From Mageeibacillus sp. UBA5438 (GTDB lineage: Bacteria; Bacillota; Clostridia; Saccharofermentanales; DTU023): a DNA stretch of 36,847 nt. The notes beneath the pieces are model-generated. The model saw only the letters and a program-made list of their open reading frames with translations, made no database searches and had not been told where the DNA came from. Positions within the stretch are counted from its first letter, which is position 1; each line of letters opens with the position of its first letter. The stretch spans positions 1-36,847 of the forward strand of contig DIRK01000022.1 of NCBI GenBank assembly GCA_002427535.1, in the 5' to 3' direction. Shown piece by piece: positions 7,878 to 18,159 of the stretch. A program made the position numbers and the translations under genes.

Positions 7878-9844
7878 TCGCTCAGCCGAACAATTCTAAA
7901 ACACATGAGAAGCTGGACGTAGGCGTGCACAAACGCCGGATCATCACAGCCGGACTCCAGTTTGAGTAGCCTTGTGATGTCCCCAAGCGTCCGTTCCCCG
8001 TCAATGTAGTACTGGATCAATAACTCATAGGTCCTCGCGTTCGGCACGCGCTCGTGATGCGCCTTCATGTAAGTGCGATAGGCTCCCATTTTCTCCTCGT
8101 CCTCCAGGGCGTACTCGATAAGCCGCATGATGGGCGAACGATACAGGCGTACGGGGCGATAGGCATATTCCAAAGCGGGATCGCAATCTTCTTCCATCGC
8201 CCCCTCTAATTGATCTCCTTCATACAGCATCGCCATAAACTGTTCGAGTTGACGATCGATCAGGGTGGAGAATGACTCGATCTTTTGATCGAGGGTTTGG
8301 ACGTCCGGCATTTGTTTAAAGAAGCGTTTCACATCCCGGATGCCCGCCTGATGAACCTTTGCTATATGGCGTAGCTTATCGGATAACCCGACGGATTCTC
8401 TTTCTTCTGATATCACGGACACAAGTTCACGGATAAAGCGCTCATAGGCCTTTGAAAGCAGCAAGAACGCATCGTCCTCGTTCAGGTTCGCCAAGGCATA
8501 AGAGAAGCCAGCGGCAATTGACGCGGATTTATGCAGGATAAAAGGATCGACGCGTTCCACGGTGTCAGCCGAGGTATGGTAGTGCTTGTCGGGCCATTGT
8601 CCCAACATCGGGGTCGGAATATCGATCGTGGGGTCGGAGAGTACCTGGTGGTCACTGCCGGCCGAAAACGGAGCGATAAACGCGTTAAACATGGGGACAT
8701 CGCCCTCCCCATCCAAGCCGTGCGCGTTCTTTTTGACCTGCTCCAAACATATTTCGGCCATGGCGGTCACAATGGAAGGCGCCGCCTGAGGCTGAGACGT
8801 AAGGGTCAAAGGCCCGTAGCCTTCCAGCTGACGTCCCCCCACCATGTCAAGGTTAATCCCGGCAATGATTTTAGCAGAAGGGTTTTTTACATCCGAGAGC
8901 CAGGCGTATGTCCCGGCAAACTCCGGCACCCACAAAATGCGGATTCCCCTGCGCAGAGCCGGCAGCCTTCCCTCATCCAACAGCTTATGGATCACCCTCG
9001 CCGCCTCCAGCGCACAGGCTGCGCCGCTGGCGTTGTCATTTGCGGACGGTCGGGGATGGCAAAGATGCGCGACGATCAGGATGTCCTCGTCAATCTCACC
9101 TTTCAAATAACATTCGACCACTTCGATCTCCCCCGGATAAAGCGACGTGTCAACTTCACAGCGCGCTTGGGGGGAAGAAGGAGTCATCTTGCGGCATAGG
9201 GCCGCCAATTCATCGCCCTGTCGCGGCGTCAGGACAAAACCAAAAATGGCAGGTTCTTTTTCAATATTCTGCCACCAAAAGGAGGTATAGTTTCGCGCGT
9301 CATAAAGGTCGGCCCTTGTGCGGACACCCGGGACTTCACGCAAATAATCCGTGACAAAACCGATCGCGCCTTTTTTCTCAAAGGCCCAGTCCATATAGCG
9401 GTTAAAATCGTCTCGGAGAAACAAGAGTTTTCCCGAAAAATCGAGATCTTCACAGCTTGCTTCCGTGGCCCCCGCCTCGAGCATAACAATGTCGAGCGGC
9501 TCCCGGCGGTGATCGCAGGGATGACTTTTTTGGACAATCGCGGTCGCCTCCGTCCGAAAGTCAGCCAACACTTTTGGCCCCTCAGTCACCAGCTCCAGCC
9601 ACGCGTCCTTGATATCCCATTCCATGAAGGACTTTGAGGCTAGATACCAATGCTTCTCATCGAAGGGATACGACAAAATACGGGCGTCAATTCCCTCCGA
9701 TTGAAGAGTTGCGGCGAGTTTGCGGGCCGCTTCACGGTACCCGGTCGAGGCCTGGATGCGGTGGTAGGAGCTGATCGTGCGAATGTCGTTCGTGATGCGG
9801 TCGCCGTCGACCGCATCACGGATAGTCCTCAAATTTTGTTTCAT
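7874..9844 (-). CDS. DUF4910-domain / M28-family zinc peptidase-like protein with PA-like insert
   Basis: HRIQASTGY, AHLCHPRPSANDNASG, VPEFAGT, GINLDMVG, GSDH, WPDKHYHTSADT. ATG 9844 lies 4 nt after the upstream stop (the track uses TTG 9856). Confidence 0.8.
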   Translation of the reverse strand: MKQNLRTIRDAVDGDRITNDIRTISSYHRIQASTGYREAARKLAATLQSEGIDARILSYPFDEKHWYLASKSFMEWDIKDAWLELVTEGPKVLADFRTEATAIVQKSHPCDHRREPLDIVMLEAGATEASCEDLDFSGKLLFLRDDFNRYMDWAFEKKGAIGFVTDYLREVPGVRTRADLYDARNYTSFWWQNIEKEPAIFGFVLTPRQGDELAALCRKMTPSSPQARCEVDTSLYPGEIEVVECYLKGEIDEDILIVAHLCHPRPSANDNASGAACALEAARVIHKLLDEGRLPALRRGIRILWVPEFAGTYAWLSDVKNPSAKIIAGINLDMVGGRQLEGYGPLTLTSQPQAAPSIVTAMAEICLEQVKKNAHGLDGEGDVPMFNAFIAPFSAGSDHQVLSDPTIDIPTPMLGQWPDKHYHTSADTVERVDPFILHKSASIAAGFSYALANLNEDDAFLLLSKAYERFIRELVSVISEERESVGLSDKLRHIAKVHQAGIRDVKRFFKQMPDVQTLDQKIESFSTLIDRQLEQFMAMLYEGDQLEGAMEEDCDPALEYAYRPVRLYRSPIMRLIEYALEDEEKMGAYRTYMKAHHERVPNARTYELLIQYYIDGERTLGDITRLLKLESGCDDPAFVHAYVQLLMCFRIVRLSD

Positions 9845-9848
9845 CTTT

Positions 9849-11240
9849 TTAGCCAAAGCTTTCGTTTGAAATCTCCACCATCACATCGTCAAAACAGGCA
9901 AGCGCGGGGACAAGGGTCGCGTAAGGATCGCGGCCGTAATAGTGCGAAGAGCTGCCATAGGGAACGGTTTCTTTCGCAAGCCAGACGAGTTTTTCAGAAA
10001 ACAGCCGGCCGATCCGCTCAGTGAAGCGTACATTATAGGGCAGCTCAATCGAGCCGTCCTGTTTCAAAAGCAAGGCGCCAAAGCGCGAGGTCCCCGTGAC
10101 GAGACCCTCACCCGGATTCACGATGTTCGTGTAGTGCATGAAGGGCACGTAGAGGATGTCGCGGTCGCGGGGCAATTTTGCAAAGGCTTGGATTGTTTTG
10201 ACATCGACATCGCCGCCCAATAATTCAATCGACAAATTGGAGACATCGTGTCCTGTCGCTTCTTTCCCAAACTCATCGGCGGACGACTGTTCCCAGACAA
10301 AACTTTTTAAGACGCCGCGGTCGATGAGCGCCTGTTTTTCGCGCTTTCTCCCATAGGTATCGACCGGCTGGGCAAAGGTATTAAGAAGCGCGGGATCCTC
10401 CATCAGGGTGAACTGCTCCGACATGACTTGTTTTCCGATGTCATCTTCTTGGAACATGCCGTAGCCACGCTTCATGGAGTCCCCTGAATAGCCGATCCAG
10501 CCCAAGAATTCCACAAAAGTCGCTAACGCCGCCGGGCCAAACACTACCCGGTAGGGTTGTTCGGGCACACGCGTTTCCTTTTTAGTGTTGTAAAGCTCCA
10601 CGAGCCACGCGAGGCGATCGTGGAGGGCTTTTGCGTCCATGTCTTCCTTTTTGGCGACAAATTGTTCCGCGTTCACCTCCCATTTCCGTTTTTCAGAGGC
10701 CAACACAAGTGTCACCCCAACATCGCTTGCACGCCAGTAGACGACTTCGGGGGTTTTCGTGGAAATGACGGCTCTTTCTGTGATGCCGGAGGAGAAATTT
10801 CCCGACAGCAAAATATCGTCCGTCTCAAGGCCTTTCGCGGCCTCGCTGACAAACGCTAAGATCTCATCATTTGTCAATGCCGCGATCTGGGGATCGTAGC
10901 TTGCCTCGGAGATCGTTGTTTCAGCAATATCGGGGATGGTGGGTTGGTAAGACATGTCAGATGCAAAGGGCAGCATGCCGATCGCGCGGTCGACGCAGGC
11001 CTTCATGCCGTCCATATCGTCAAAGTCCACCACCTGCGACGAAGACACCTGGCGGTGGTCACCGTAGACCGTGACCCGAAGGCGCGTGATGTCCTCATGT
11101 GAATTGAGCGACACGGCCGAATTCGCGTAGCGGACCATATGGCTGTCTTCGGCGTCCCATTGTATTTCGACCGCCTCGGACTGTTCTAAGGCGTACTGTC
11201 TTAAGCCTTGCAATTTTTCGATGACTTGTTGGGACCTCAT
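9849..11240 (-). CDS. TldE/PmbA-family metalloprotease partner subunit (non-catalytic)
   Basis: N-terminal RYANS, central YRVVFGPAA, LIDRGVLK and C-terminal GLVTGTSRFG..PYNVRF. Lacks HExxH. ATG 11240 follows AGGTGAG, 1 nt after the tldD stop (alternative GTG 11249). Confidence 0.8.
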   Translation of the reverse strand: MRSQQVIEKLQGLRQYALEQSEAVEIQWDAEDSHMVRYANSAVSLNSHEDITRLRVTVYGDHRQVSSSQVVDFDDMDGMKACVDRAIGMLPFASDMSYQPTIPDIAETTISEASYDPQIAALTNDEILAFVSEAAKGLETDDILLSGNFSSGITERAVISTKTPEVVYWRASDVGVTLVLASEKRKWEVNAEQFVAKKEDMDAKALHDRLAWLVELYNTKKETRVPEQPYRVVFGPAALATFVEFLGWIGYSGDSMKRGYGMFQEDDIGKQVMSEQFTLMEDPALLNTFAQPVDTYGRKREKQALIDRGVLKSFVWEQSSADEFGKEATGHDVSNLSIELLGGDVDVKTIQAFAKLPRDRDILYVPFMHYTNIVNPGEGLVTGTSRFGALLLKQDGSIELPYNVRFTERIGRLFSEKLVWLAKETVPYGSSSHYYGRDPYATLVPALACFDDVMVEISNESFG

Positions 11241-11241
11241 C

Positions 11242-12696
11242 TTACTCACCTACCTTTACATGGTCGAAACGGCACACAGGCACGCCGTGTCCGAGCTGCA
11301 TCACCTGACCGGGCACACCCTTGCCGCAGTTGTCAACATATTGCACCTCCCAGGTGCTCGCGTCACCCACCGCGGTCAGTGAGCGGTAAAAATCGAGTGT
11401 CATACCGCTGTAAGCGCAGTTCTTGACAATATGTTTTTTCACCCCGTCCTCGACGAGCCAGCCGATGTCGGTTGAAAAATGGAATTGCTCGCGGTTGGAC
11501 CCGATCGACCAGCTCTTTTCACCTGAGAGGATGACACCCTGTTCGGTGTTACGGATGATGTCCTCCAGCGTCCCGTCTTCGCCCGGATCGACATTGATAT
11601 TCGTCATGCGCTCAATGGGCACGCGGTTAAATGCACAGGCTCTGCAGGAACCGCCGGAGCTTTTAAAAATCTCGCGGCCGGCCTTGTCATTCGCCTCCGT
11701 CACCATTTGACGTGAGGTCAGGGCACCCACCAAAATCCCCTCCTTGATCAGCATCTGGTCTTGTGCTTTGACGCCGTCGTCGTCGTAGCCAAAGCTCCCC
11801 GGGGAGTTAATAAGCGTTGCGTCGGCTCTCGCGTTCAGTTTCTTGGAGCCGTATTGCAATTGCCCAAAATCCTCTAGGCGGACAAAGGAACCTCCGGCAA
11901 AGGAGAGCTCGTAGCCCAGGATGCGGTCGAGTTCCAATGGGTGCCCGATCGTCTCATGCACCTGCAGGAACATCATGTCGGGCATCAAGATAACGGACAT
12001 ACGGCCCTCAGGACATTTCGGGGCCGAAAGCATCGTCTTCATCTCATCGACAATACGCTCCGCCTCGGCTTTCCAGTGGTCGCGGTCCATCGTCTCCCAG
12101 CCACGTGTCGGTCCGAGGCGGGGGGGAAGGTATTTTCGACCCTGCTGCACCCCCTCCGAATCGAAGGCCGACACATGAATGCTCGGGAAGATGTCAATAA
12201 TATGCTTTTCAATTTCAGCGCCTTCTGAGTCGTAATACCGGATCGTTTTATTGACCGTACTCAATTGCACGCGGCGCTGTTCCACGCCCGGCTGATTCAA
12301 ATAGCCGTCCAGTTCCTTCATGAAGGCCACTTGTTCCGCCAGAGGCACTTCAAAGGGATCCACTTCGCAGGGGCTGTCAAAGCGCCCCGAAAGCAGTTCT
12401 TTGTCGGCCAAACGAATCGGTCTTCCTACGCGCTTGGCGGCGGATACCGCGTTTTCAAAGGCGCGGTCAAAGGTCGCTGTTACATCGCCCAGATTAGAAG
12501 AGGCCGCAAATCCCCAGGCGCCGTCCACCAGGACACGGACACCAAAACCGCTCAGTTCAGAGCGATTAAAGTTCAGAAAATTGCCGTTCCACATAAAGAG
12601 AGCATCTTCTTTTTCCCTTGGATAGTAACGGACATCGGCATAGGAGGCGCCTTTGTCCGTCAGTCGTTTGATCTGGTGTTTCCAGTCAGTTGTCAT
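11242..12696 (-). CDS. tldD: TldD-family metalloprotease (catalytic subunit)
   Basis: ASYADVR, GFGVRVLVDGAWGFA, metal motif HETIGHPLELDR, GSFGYDDDG, PIERMTN and C-terminal ligand NCGKG. RBS AAGGAG. Confidence 0.9.
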   Translation of the reverse strand: MTTDWKHQIKRLTDKGASYADVRYYPREKEDALFMWNGNFLNFNRSELSGFGVRVLVDGAWGFAASSNLGDVTATFDRAFENAVSAAKRVGRPIRLADKELLSGRFDSPCEVDPFEVPLAEQVAFMKELDGYLNQPGVEQRRVQLSTVNKTIRYYDSEGAEIEKHIIDIFPSIHVSAFDSEGVQQGRKYLPPRLGPTRGWETMDRDHWKAEAERIVDEMKTMLSAPKCPEGRMSVILMPDMMFLQVHETIGHPLELDRILGYELSFAGGSFVRLEDFGQLQYGSKKLNARADATLINSPGSFGYDDDGVKAQDQMLIKEGILVGALTSRQMVTEANDKAGREIFKSSGGSCRACAFNRVPIERMTNINVDPGEDGTLEDIIRNTEQGVILSGEKSWSIGSNREQFHFSTDIGWLVEDGVKKHIVKNCAYSGMTLDFYRSLTAVGDASTWEVQYVDNCGKGVPGQVMQLGHGVPVCRFDHVKVGE

Positions 12697-12747
12697 CGCT
12701 CTTGCTCCTTTGTTTTCAATGCTTTGCAGGTTGACTCTAATGGGGTA

Positions 12748-12756
12748 ATTCTAACA
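12748..12756 (-). promoter_or_regulatory. Putative extended -10 promoter of the tldD operon
   Basis: Minus strand reads TGtTAGAAT about 50 nt upstream of the tldD ATG. Confidence 0.55.
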
Positions 12757-12772
12757 AAGTTGATCGGACGCG

Positions 12773-12781
12773 TGTTATACT
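12773..12781 (+). promoter_or_regulatory. Putative extended -10 promoter of the MFS gene (leaderless geometry)
   Basis: TGtTATACT ends 7 nt before ATG 12789, with no Shine-Dalgarno in between. Confidence 0.6.
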
Positions 12782-12788
12782 TTTTTCT

Positions 12789-14132
12789 ATGCGGGGGGAT
12801 CACAAAAAACAAAACGAGCGCTGGAAGGGCATCGGCGCTGCCTTTTTGAGCGGGCAGGCCGTTTCAATCCTGGGATCTGGACTTGTTCAGTTTGCGATCA
12901 TTTGGTTTGTCACGCTTCGTGCCAACTCCGGCACCTCCATGATGATCATCACCTTGGCGTCCTTCATCCCGCAGCTCGTTGTCGCCCCTTTTGCCGGAGT
13001 GTGGGCGGACCGCCACGACAGGCGCTGGCTGATTATTATGGCCGATTCGACGATCGGGCTCGTGACGTTAGCGCTTGCTGTTTTCTTTTTCCTGGGGTAC
13101 GACCACATCTGGATGATCTATATCGCGGCCGCGGTACGATCCCTGGGCGGCGGCATTCAAAGCCCCGCGATCAAGGCATTGATCCCGCAAATCACGCCAA
13201 AAAAAGAACTGGTGCGCGTCAACGGTATTTACAGCACGATTGAGAATGTCATCTTGCTTCTTTCACCCGTCCTGGGCGGCGCGCTGATTACCTTATTCCC
13301 CATCTGGATTGTCTTCATGGTGGACGTCGTGACGGCGGCCATCGCCGTGTTGATCATGATCTTCATGCCCATCCCTCACCAGCGAACGGGCAAAGTTGTC
13401 ACCGCCTTAGGCGCCGAAGCCAAACTCCCTGAAGGCACTGTTTGGGGATTCCCGTTACTGGAAGAACTAGAGACCGGAGAGCTCACCGAAACAGAGGACG
13501 TCGAGCTCCCCTATGAACCGGTGGGGAAGCAATTTCGGATGGGCTTTGCCTATGTCAGGCAACACATCGTCATCCGCAATCTCATGCTGATCTACGCGCT
13601 CTTCATGGTGCTGCTCGCGCCCATCGCGACCCTTTTGCCGCTTTATATCCGCCGACACTTCGGGGGTGAGGCCTGGCAAATCTCAGCCACACAGACCGCG
13701 ATTTTCGCCGGCATGGCGGTCGGTGGACTTATCATCTCCCTAAAGGGCGCGTTCAAGAGTCATTTGAATACGATCCGCATGTCCGGATTTATCGTGGCAG
13801 CGGGAACTTTCGCCCTGGCGCTTTTAGGTTTATTGCGTTCGCCGCTTTTTGGATTCTTCGTGTTCCTCGCCTTCGCGCTCGGCATCGTCGTGCCTTTTTA
13901 CACGACCGCCGTCACCACACTCTTTCAAGAGCAGGTGGAGCGGGCGTATCACGGGCGCGTTTTCTCTCTTTTGTACATGATCGGATCGGCCGCCATTCCT
14001 TTTGGAGCGATCTTGTTTGGACCCTTGGCCGATATCTTCCCGATCGCCTACCTGCTGATCTTTACCTCTGTGCTCCAGATTGTCATATTACTTGGCTCTT
14101 GGCGCGCGTTTCCAAAAGAATTCAATGAGTGA
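12789..14132 (+). CDS. MFS transporter, DHA3/MefA-like efflux family
   Basis: GQAVSILGSGLVQFAIIW, motif A GVWADRHDRR, RSLGGGIQSPA and C-terminal GRVFSL. About 12 hydrophobic segments. Substrate cannot be determined from sequence. Confidence 0.88.
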   Translation: MRGDHKKQNERWKGIGAAFLSGQAVSILGSGLVQFAIIWFVTLRANSGTSMMIITLASFIPQLVVAPFAGVWADRHDRRWLIIMADSTIGLVTLALAVFFFLGYDHIWMIYIAAAVRSLGGGIQSPAIKALIPQITPKKELVRVNGIYSTIENVILLLSPVLGGALITLFPIWIVFMVDVVTAAIAVLIMIFMPIPHQRTGKVVTALGAEAKLPEGTVWGFPLLEELETGELTETEDVELPYEPVGKQFRMGFAYVRQHIVIRNLMLIYALFMVLLAPIATLLPLYIRRHFGGEAWQISATQTAIFAGMAVGGLIISLKGAFKSHLNTIRMSGFIVAAGTFALALLGLLRSPLFGFFVFLAFALGIVVPFYTTAVTTLFQEQVERAYHGRVFSLLYMIGSAAIPFGAILFGPLADIFPIAYLLIFTSVLQIVILLGSWRAFPKEFNE

Positions 14133-14135
14133 ATT

Positions 14136-14144
14136 TGCTATACT
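14136..14144 (+). promoter_or_regulatory. Putative extended -10 promoter of eno
   Basis: TGcTATACT 56 nt upstream of the eno ATG, followed by a strong RBS GAGGAGG. Confidence 0.55.
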
Positions 14145-14194
14145 GAAGCGCAAGACAAATACTGTTTAACACGATTGTAATTCGAGGAGGATAA

Positions 14195-15508
<1,314 letters not shown>

Positions 15509-15530
15509 GACCCTTCTCACCATGAGCTCG

Positions 15531-15561
15531 ACGCCGTTTCCGGAAAGGAAACGGCGTTTTT
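15531..15561 (+). terminator. Rho-independent terminator after eno
   Basis: ACGCCGTTTCC-ggaaa-GGAAACGGCGT 11-bp stem followed by a T-run, 22 nt after the stop. Confidence 0.85.
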
Positions 15562-15592
15562 GCCCCATCAAAAGAACAAGGAGGTGCCTCTT

Positions 15593-17302
15593 ATGACGAA
15601 CCCACCTTACCCGCCCCCTAAAGAACAACAAGATCAACCTCCCCCTTACTATGGGCATTATCCCCCGCCGCCTCCAAAACGCAAAACCTTAGGTGCGGGC
15701 GGCATTATCGCGATTATCTCAACGTCATTGCTCGTGCTCGTCCTGATCGCCGTGGGTATTTATTATTTTCTCCTGCGCGACAAAGAACATCCCAGGCAGA
15801 CCGAAGAGCCCCTTGGCACCCAAGCCCCCCAAACCACCACCACGATCACAGAGGAGGTGACGGTTGCAACAGAACCTTATCAACCGGTGATCTCCGTTTT
15901 TGAACAACGCCTGACGGAGTTCGATGCCTACGAAATGCAAAGCCTTGGCTCAAATCCGGTCGCTTTCTACCAGCACCCGACCCTAGACATCGCCATTGAT
16001 CTTCGAGATGACCCGGAGGCCGCACGGAGTATGTATGTCATCCCGCTCGCAAATGGCTTCCTTATCACCCATCGGCAGACGATTGCTTTAGAATATCTGT
16101 CCCTTCGCGATTACTCCGGTGCGATGGAGATCGGAGGATTTTCCGCGCATGTGGAACTTGTCTCCGAGGAGGACAAAGAGGCCATCGAACAAGAAATCGA
16201 AAACTTGAGAGACGAAGAGCACAGTATTTCGGCCGAGTTTGTTCCTTTCCAAGGGGGCTATTTATACATCTGGGACAGCGCGGACAACGGACCCGATAAT
16301 TATTGGTATGCGAAGGAACTCTATGACAGCGAAGTCTTCTTTTTCGCAAGCTACGTGCGCGATCACCTAGTTGAAAGCGCCTGGCCGGGCATCGAGGTCG
16401 ATGAACCTGAAAAGGATGCGGACGCCGAATGGCAGGATGTCCTGCGCTTTTTGCGCAATCATCCGGCTGAATTTGAGTTCCGTTATTCCATGCCTCCTTA
16501 CGCGGAGAATCCTGACGCATTCTACGATTACAACTGGCGCATCTTAGAGGACATCATCGCGGGACCTTTTTATGAACACGGCACCCTTGACCTGAACGGC
16601 GACGGCATCCCCGAACACATCGTCCACTGCTCCTGCTACTCCACTGACGCTTCGGGCAATCACGGATATTGGGCGGTGTTCACAGAGACGACAGGCGGCT
16701 TGAAACTCATCGGCTTTTCCACCTCCGGGGACAGTGATCTCATTTACAGCGATGAGCATCTTTACACCTTCCAGGCCTTGGGAAAAAGGGGAGACTTTAT
16801 GTTCCTGGTTGAAGAACAAGCACTGCCCGTTCCGGCCGCGGAGTATCGCCCGGTATTTCTCACAGAATTCAGGACCCTCGATATGCTCATGGAATATGAG
16901 GAGGCAGGTGAGCTGGATCTGTACTTAGATTTATGGGTCGTGCCGAAAAAACTTGTAAGCTACGGTGAAGGCGAGTATCTTGAGTTTTTTGCGGCCGATT
17001 ACAATGAATTTTCCGGGATGATGAACACCCTTAACCGAGCCGTTTCGGACGGCCTTATTTTCCGCGGCCGCTCGCCCTATGACGCAGGTCCCGGCGAGGT
17101 CGCCTCAAGGCTCCAACCGCCGGAAAGGCTAAATGACGGATGGTCCTTAGTCAACTACCTGGAGTTTACCTACGAGCTGTTCCCCTGGAACGACGATGAA
17201 TGGCTGAACGCCACGCGTGTGGCGGATCTGGTCGCCGACGGGACGCCGATCACATACGAAAAAGCAGAACAGATGTTGCCCTACCCGAGCTTATTGGATT
17301 AG
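15593..17302 (+). CDS. Hypothetical single-pass membrane protein: Pro-rich cytoplasmic N-tail, TM helix, Thr-rich linker, large acidic extracellular region
   Basis: RBS AAGGAGGTG before ATG 15593 (569 aa). MTNPPYPPP...YPPPPPKRK, hydrophobic IIAIISTSLLVLVLIAVGIYYFLL, QTTTTIT, and a DLNGDGIPE Ca-binding-like loop. Confidence 0.8.
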   Translation: MTNPPYPPPKEQQDQPPPYYGHYPPPPPKRKTLGAGGIIAIISTSLLVLVLIAVGIYYFLLRDKEHPRQTEEPLGTQAPQTTTTITEEVTVATEPYQPVISVFEQRLTEFDAYEMQSLGSNPVAFYQHPTLDIAIDLRDDPEAARSMYVIPLANGFLITHRQTIALEYLSLRDYSGAMEIGGFSAHVELVSEEDKEAIEQEIENLRDEEHSISAEFVPFQGGYLYIWDSADNGPDNYWYAKELYDSEVFFFASYVRDHLVESAWPGIEVDEPEKDADAEWQDVLRFLRNHPAEFEFRYSMPPYAENPDAFYDYNWRILEDIIAGPFYEHGTLDLNGDGIPEHIVHCSCYSTDASGNHGYWAVFTETTGGLKLIGFSTSGDSDLIYSDEHLYTFQALGKRGDFMFLVEEQALPVPAAEYRPVFLTEFRTLDMLMEYEEAGELDLYLDLWVVPKKLVSYGEGEYLEFFAADYNEFSGMMNTLNRAVSDGLIFRGRSPYDAGPGEVASRLQPPERLNDGWSLVNYLEFTYELFPWNDDEWLNATRVADLVADGTPITYEKAEQMLPYPSLLD

Positions 17303-17305
17303 TTT

Positions 17306-18049
17306 TTACTGACAGGTAAAACCGCCGTCCACGCCCAGCACCTGCCCCGTAATAAAGGACGCCTTGTCGGAGACAAGAAAGGCCACCGCTGACGCGACCT
17401 CTTCGGCCGTTCCGATACGGCTCAAGGGGGTCCTGTCGACGAGCGCGTCCAACTCTTCTTTCGTAAAGCCCGCGATCATGTCGGTGGCAATCACGCCCGG
17501 CGATACGGCGTTCACGCGGATCCCTGAAGGCGCGACCTCCTGCGCCAAGGCGCGTGTCAGACCGATCAAGCCCGCCTTACTCGCGGAATAGGCGGCCTCA
17601 CAGGACGCGCCTAACACCCCCCACATGGATGATACGTTGACGATGCTCCCCTTGCCACTTTGGATCATGAAGGGCAGGACGGCCCGCGACAAAAGATAAC
17701 CCGACTTCAAATTGGTGGCCAGCACCCGATCCCAGGTCTCCTCCGCAGTCTCCGTCAAAAGTCCCCAGGCGGCCAGTCCGGCGTTATTCACAAGTACATC
17801 GATGCCCCCCGCTTCAAGCAGAGCTTTGGCGACCATGTCACGGACATCTTTCGGGCTTGCGACATCGGCCCGAAGAAGCGTGATGCAATGCCCCTCTTCT
17901 TCCAGTTTGGCTTTCAGCGCTTTTGCCTGCTCTTCCGAGCGAAAATAATTCAACAGCACATGATAGCCTTCACGTGCCAATGTTTCGGAAATCGCCCGCC
18001 CTATCCCGCGAGCGCCTCCGGTCACGAGCGCTGTTTTTCTTTTATCCAT
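17306..18049 (-). CDS. ymfI: FabG-like SDR oxidoreductase, YmfI (EF-P 5-aminopentanone reductase)-like subfamily
   Basis: TGGARGIG, NNAG, YSASK catalytic motif. SSMWGVLGASCEAAYS resembles the SSIWG..GASCE..YS segment of B. subtilis YmfI rather than canonical FabG (SSVVG..GN.GQ.NY). SDR call is certain, subfamily moderate. Confidence 0.75.
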   Translation of the reverse strand: MDKRKTALVTGGARGIGRAISETLAREGYHVLLNYFRSEEQAKALKAKLEEEGHCITLLRADVASPKDVRDMVAKALLEAGGIDVLVNNAGLAAWGLLTETAEETWDRVLATNLKSGYLLSRAVLPFMIQSGKGSIVNVSSMWGVLGASCEAAYSASKAGLIGLTRALAQEVAPSGIRVNAVSPGVIATDMIAGFTKEELDALVDRTPLSRIGTAEEVASAVAFLVSDKASFITGQVLGVDGGFTCQ

Positions 18050-18110
18050 AAAAATGACCTCAATCTCTTTTCATCCCATTCTACATCAAGCCCGTGATCG
18101 GCCCTTGCGA

Positions 18111-18119
18111 TGTTACAAT
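18111..18119 (+). promoter_or_regulatory. Putative extended -10 promoter of the aminopeptidase P-nadE-desulfurase operon
   Basis: TGtTACAAT 40 nt upstream of ATG 18160. Confidence 0.55.
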
Positions 18120-18159
18120 GAGTAGCAGAATCATTTCAAACGACTAGGTGGTTTACAAG

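Noticed and set aside
7874-14132. RiPP (microcin-like) biosynthetic cluster suggested by TldD/E + exporter
   Set aside because: No precursor peptide, YcaO, radical SAM or other modifying enzyme, and no room for small ORFs between the genes.
12789-14132. Acquired mef(A) macrolide resistance gene
   Set aside because: Only family-level resemblance. No msr(D), leader peptide or mobile-element context, and composition is like neighbouring genes.
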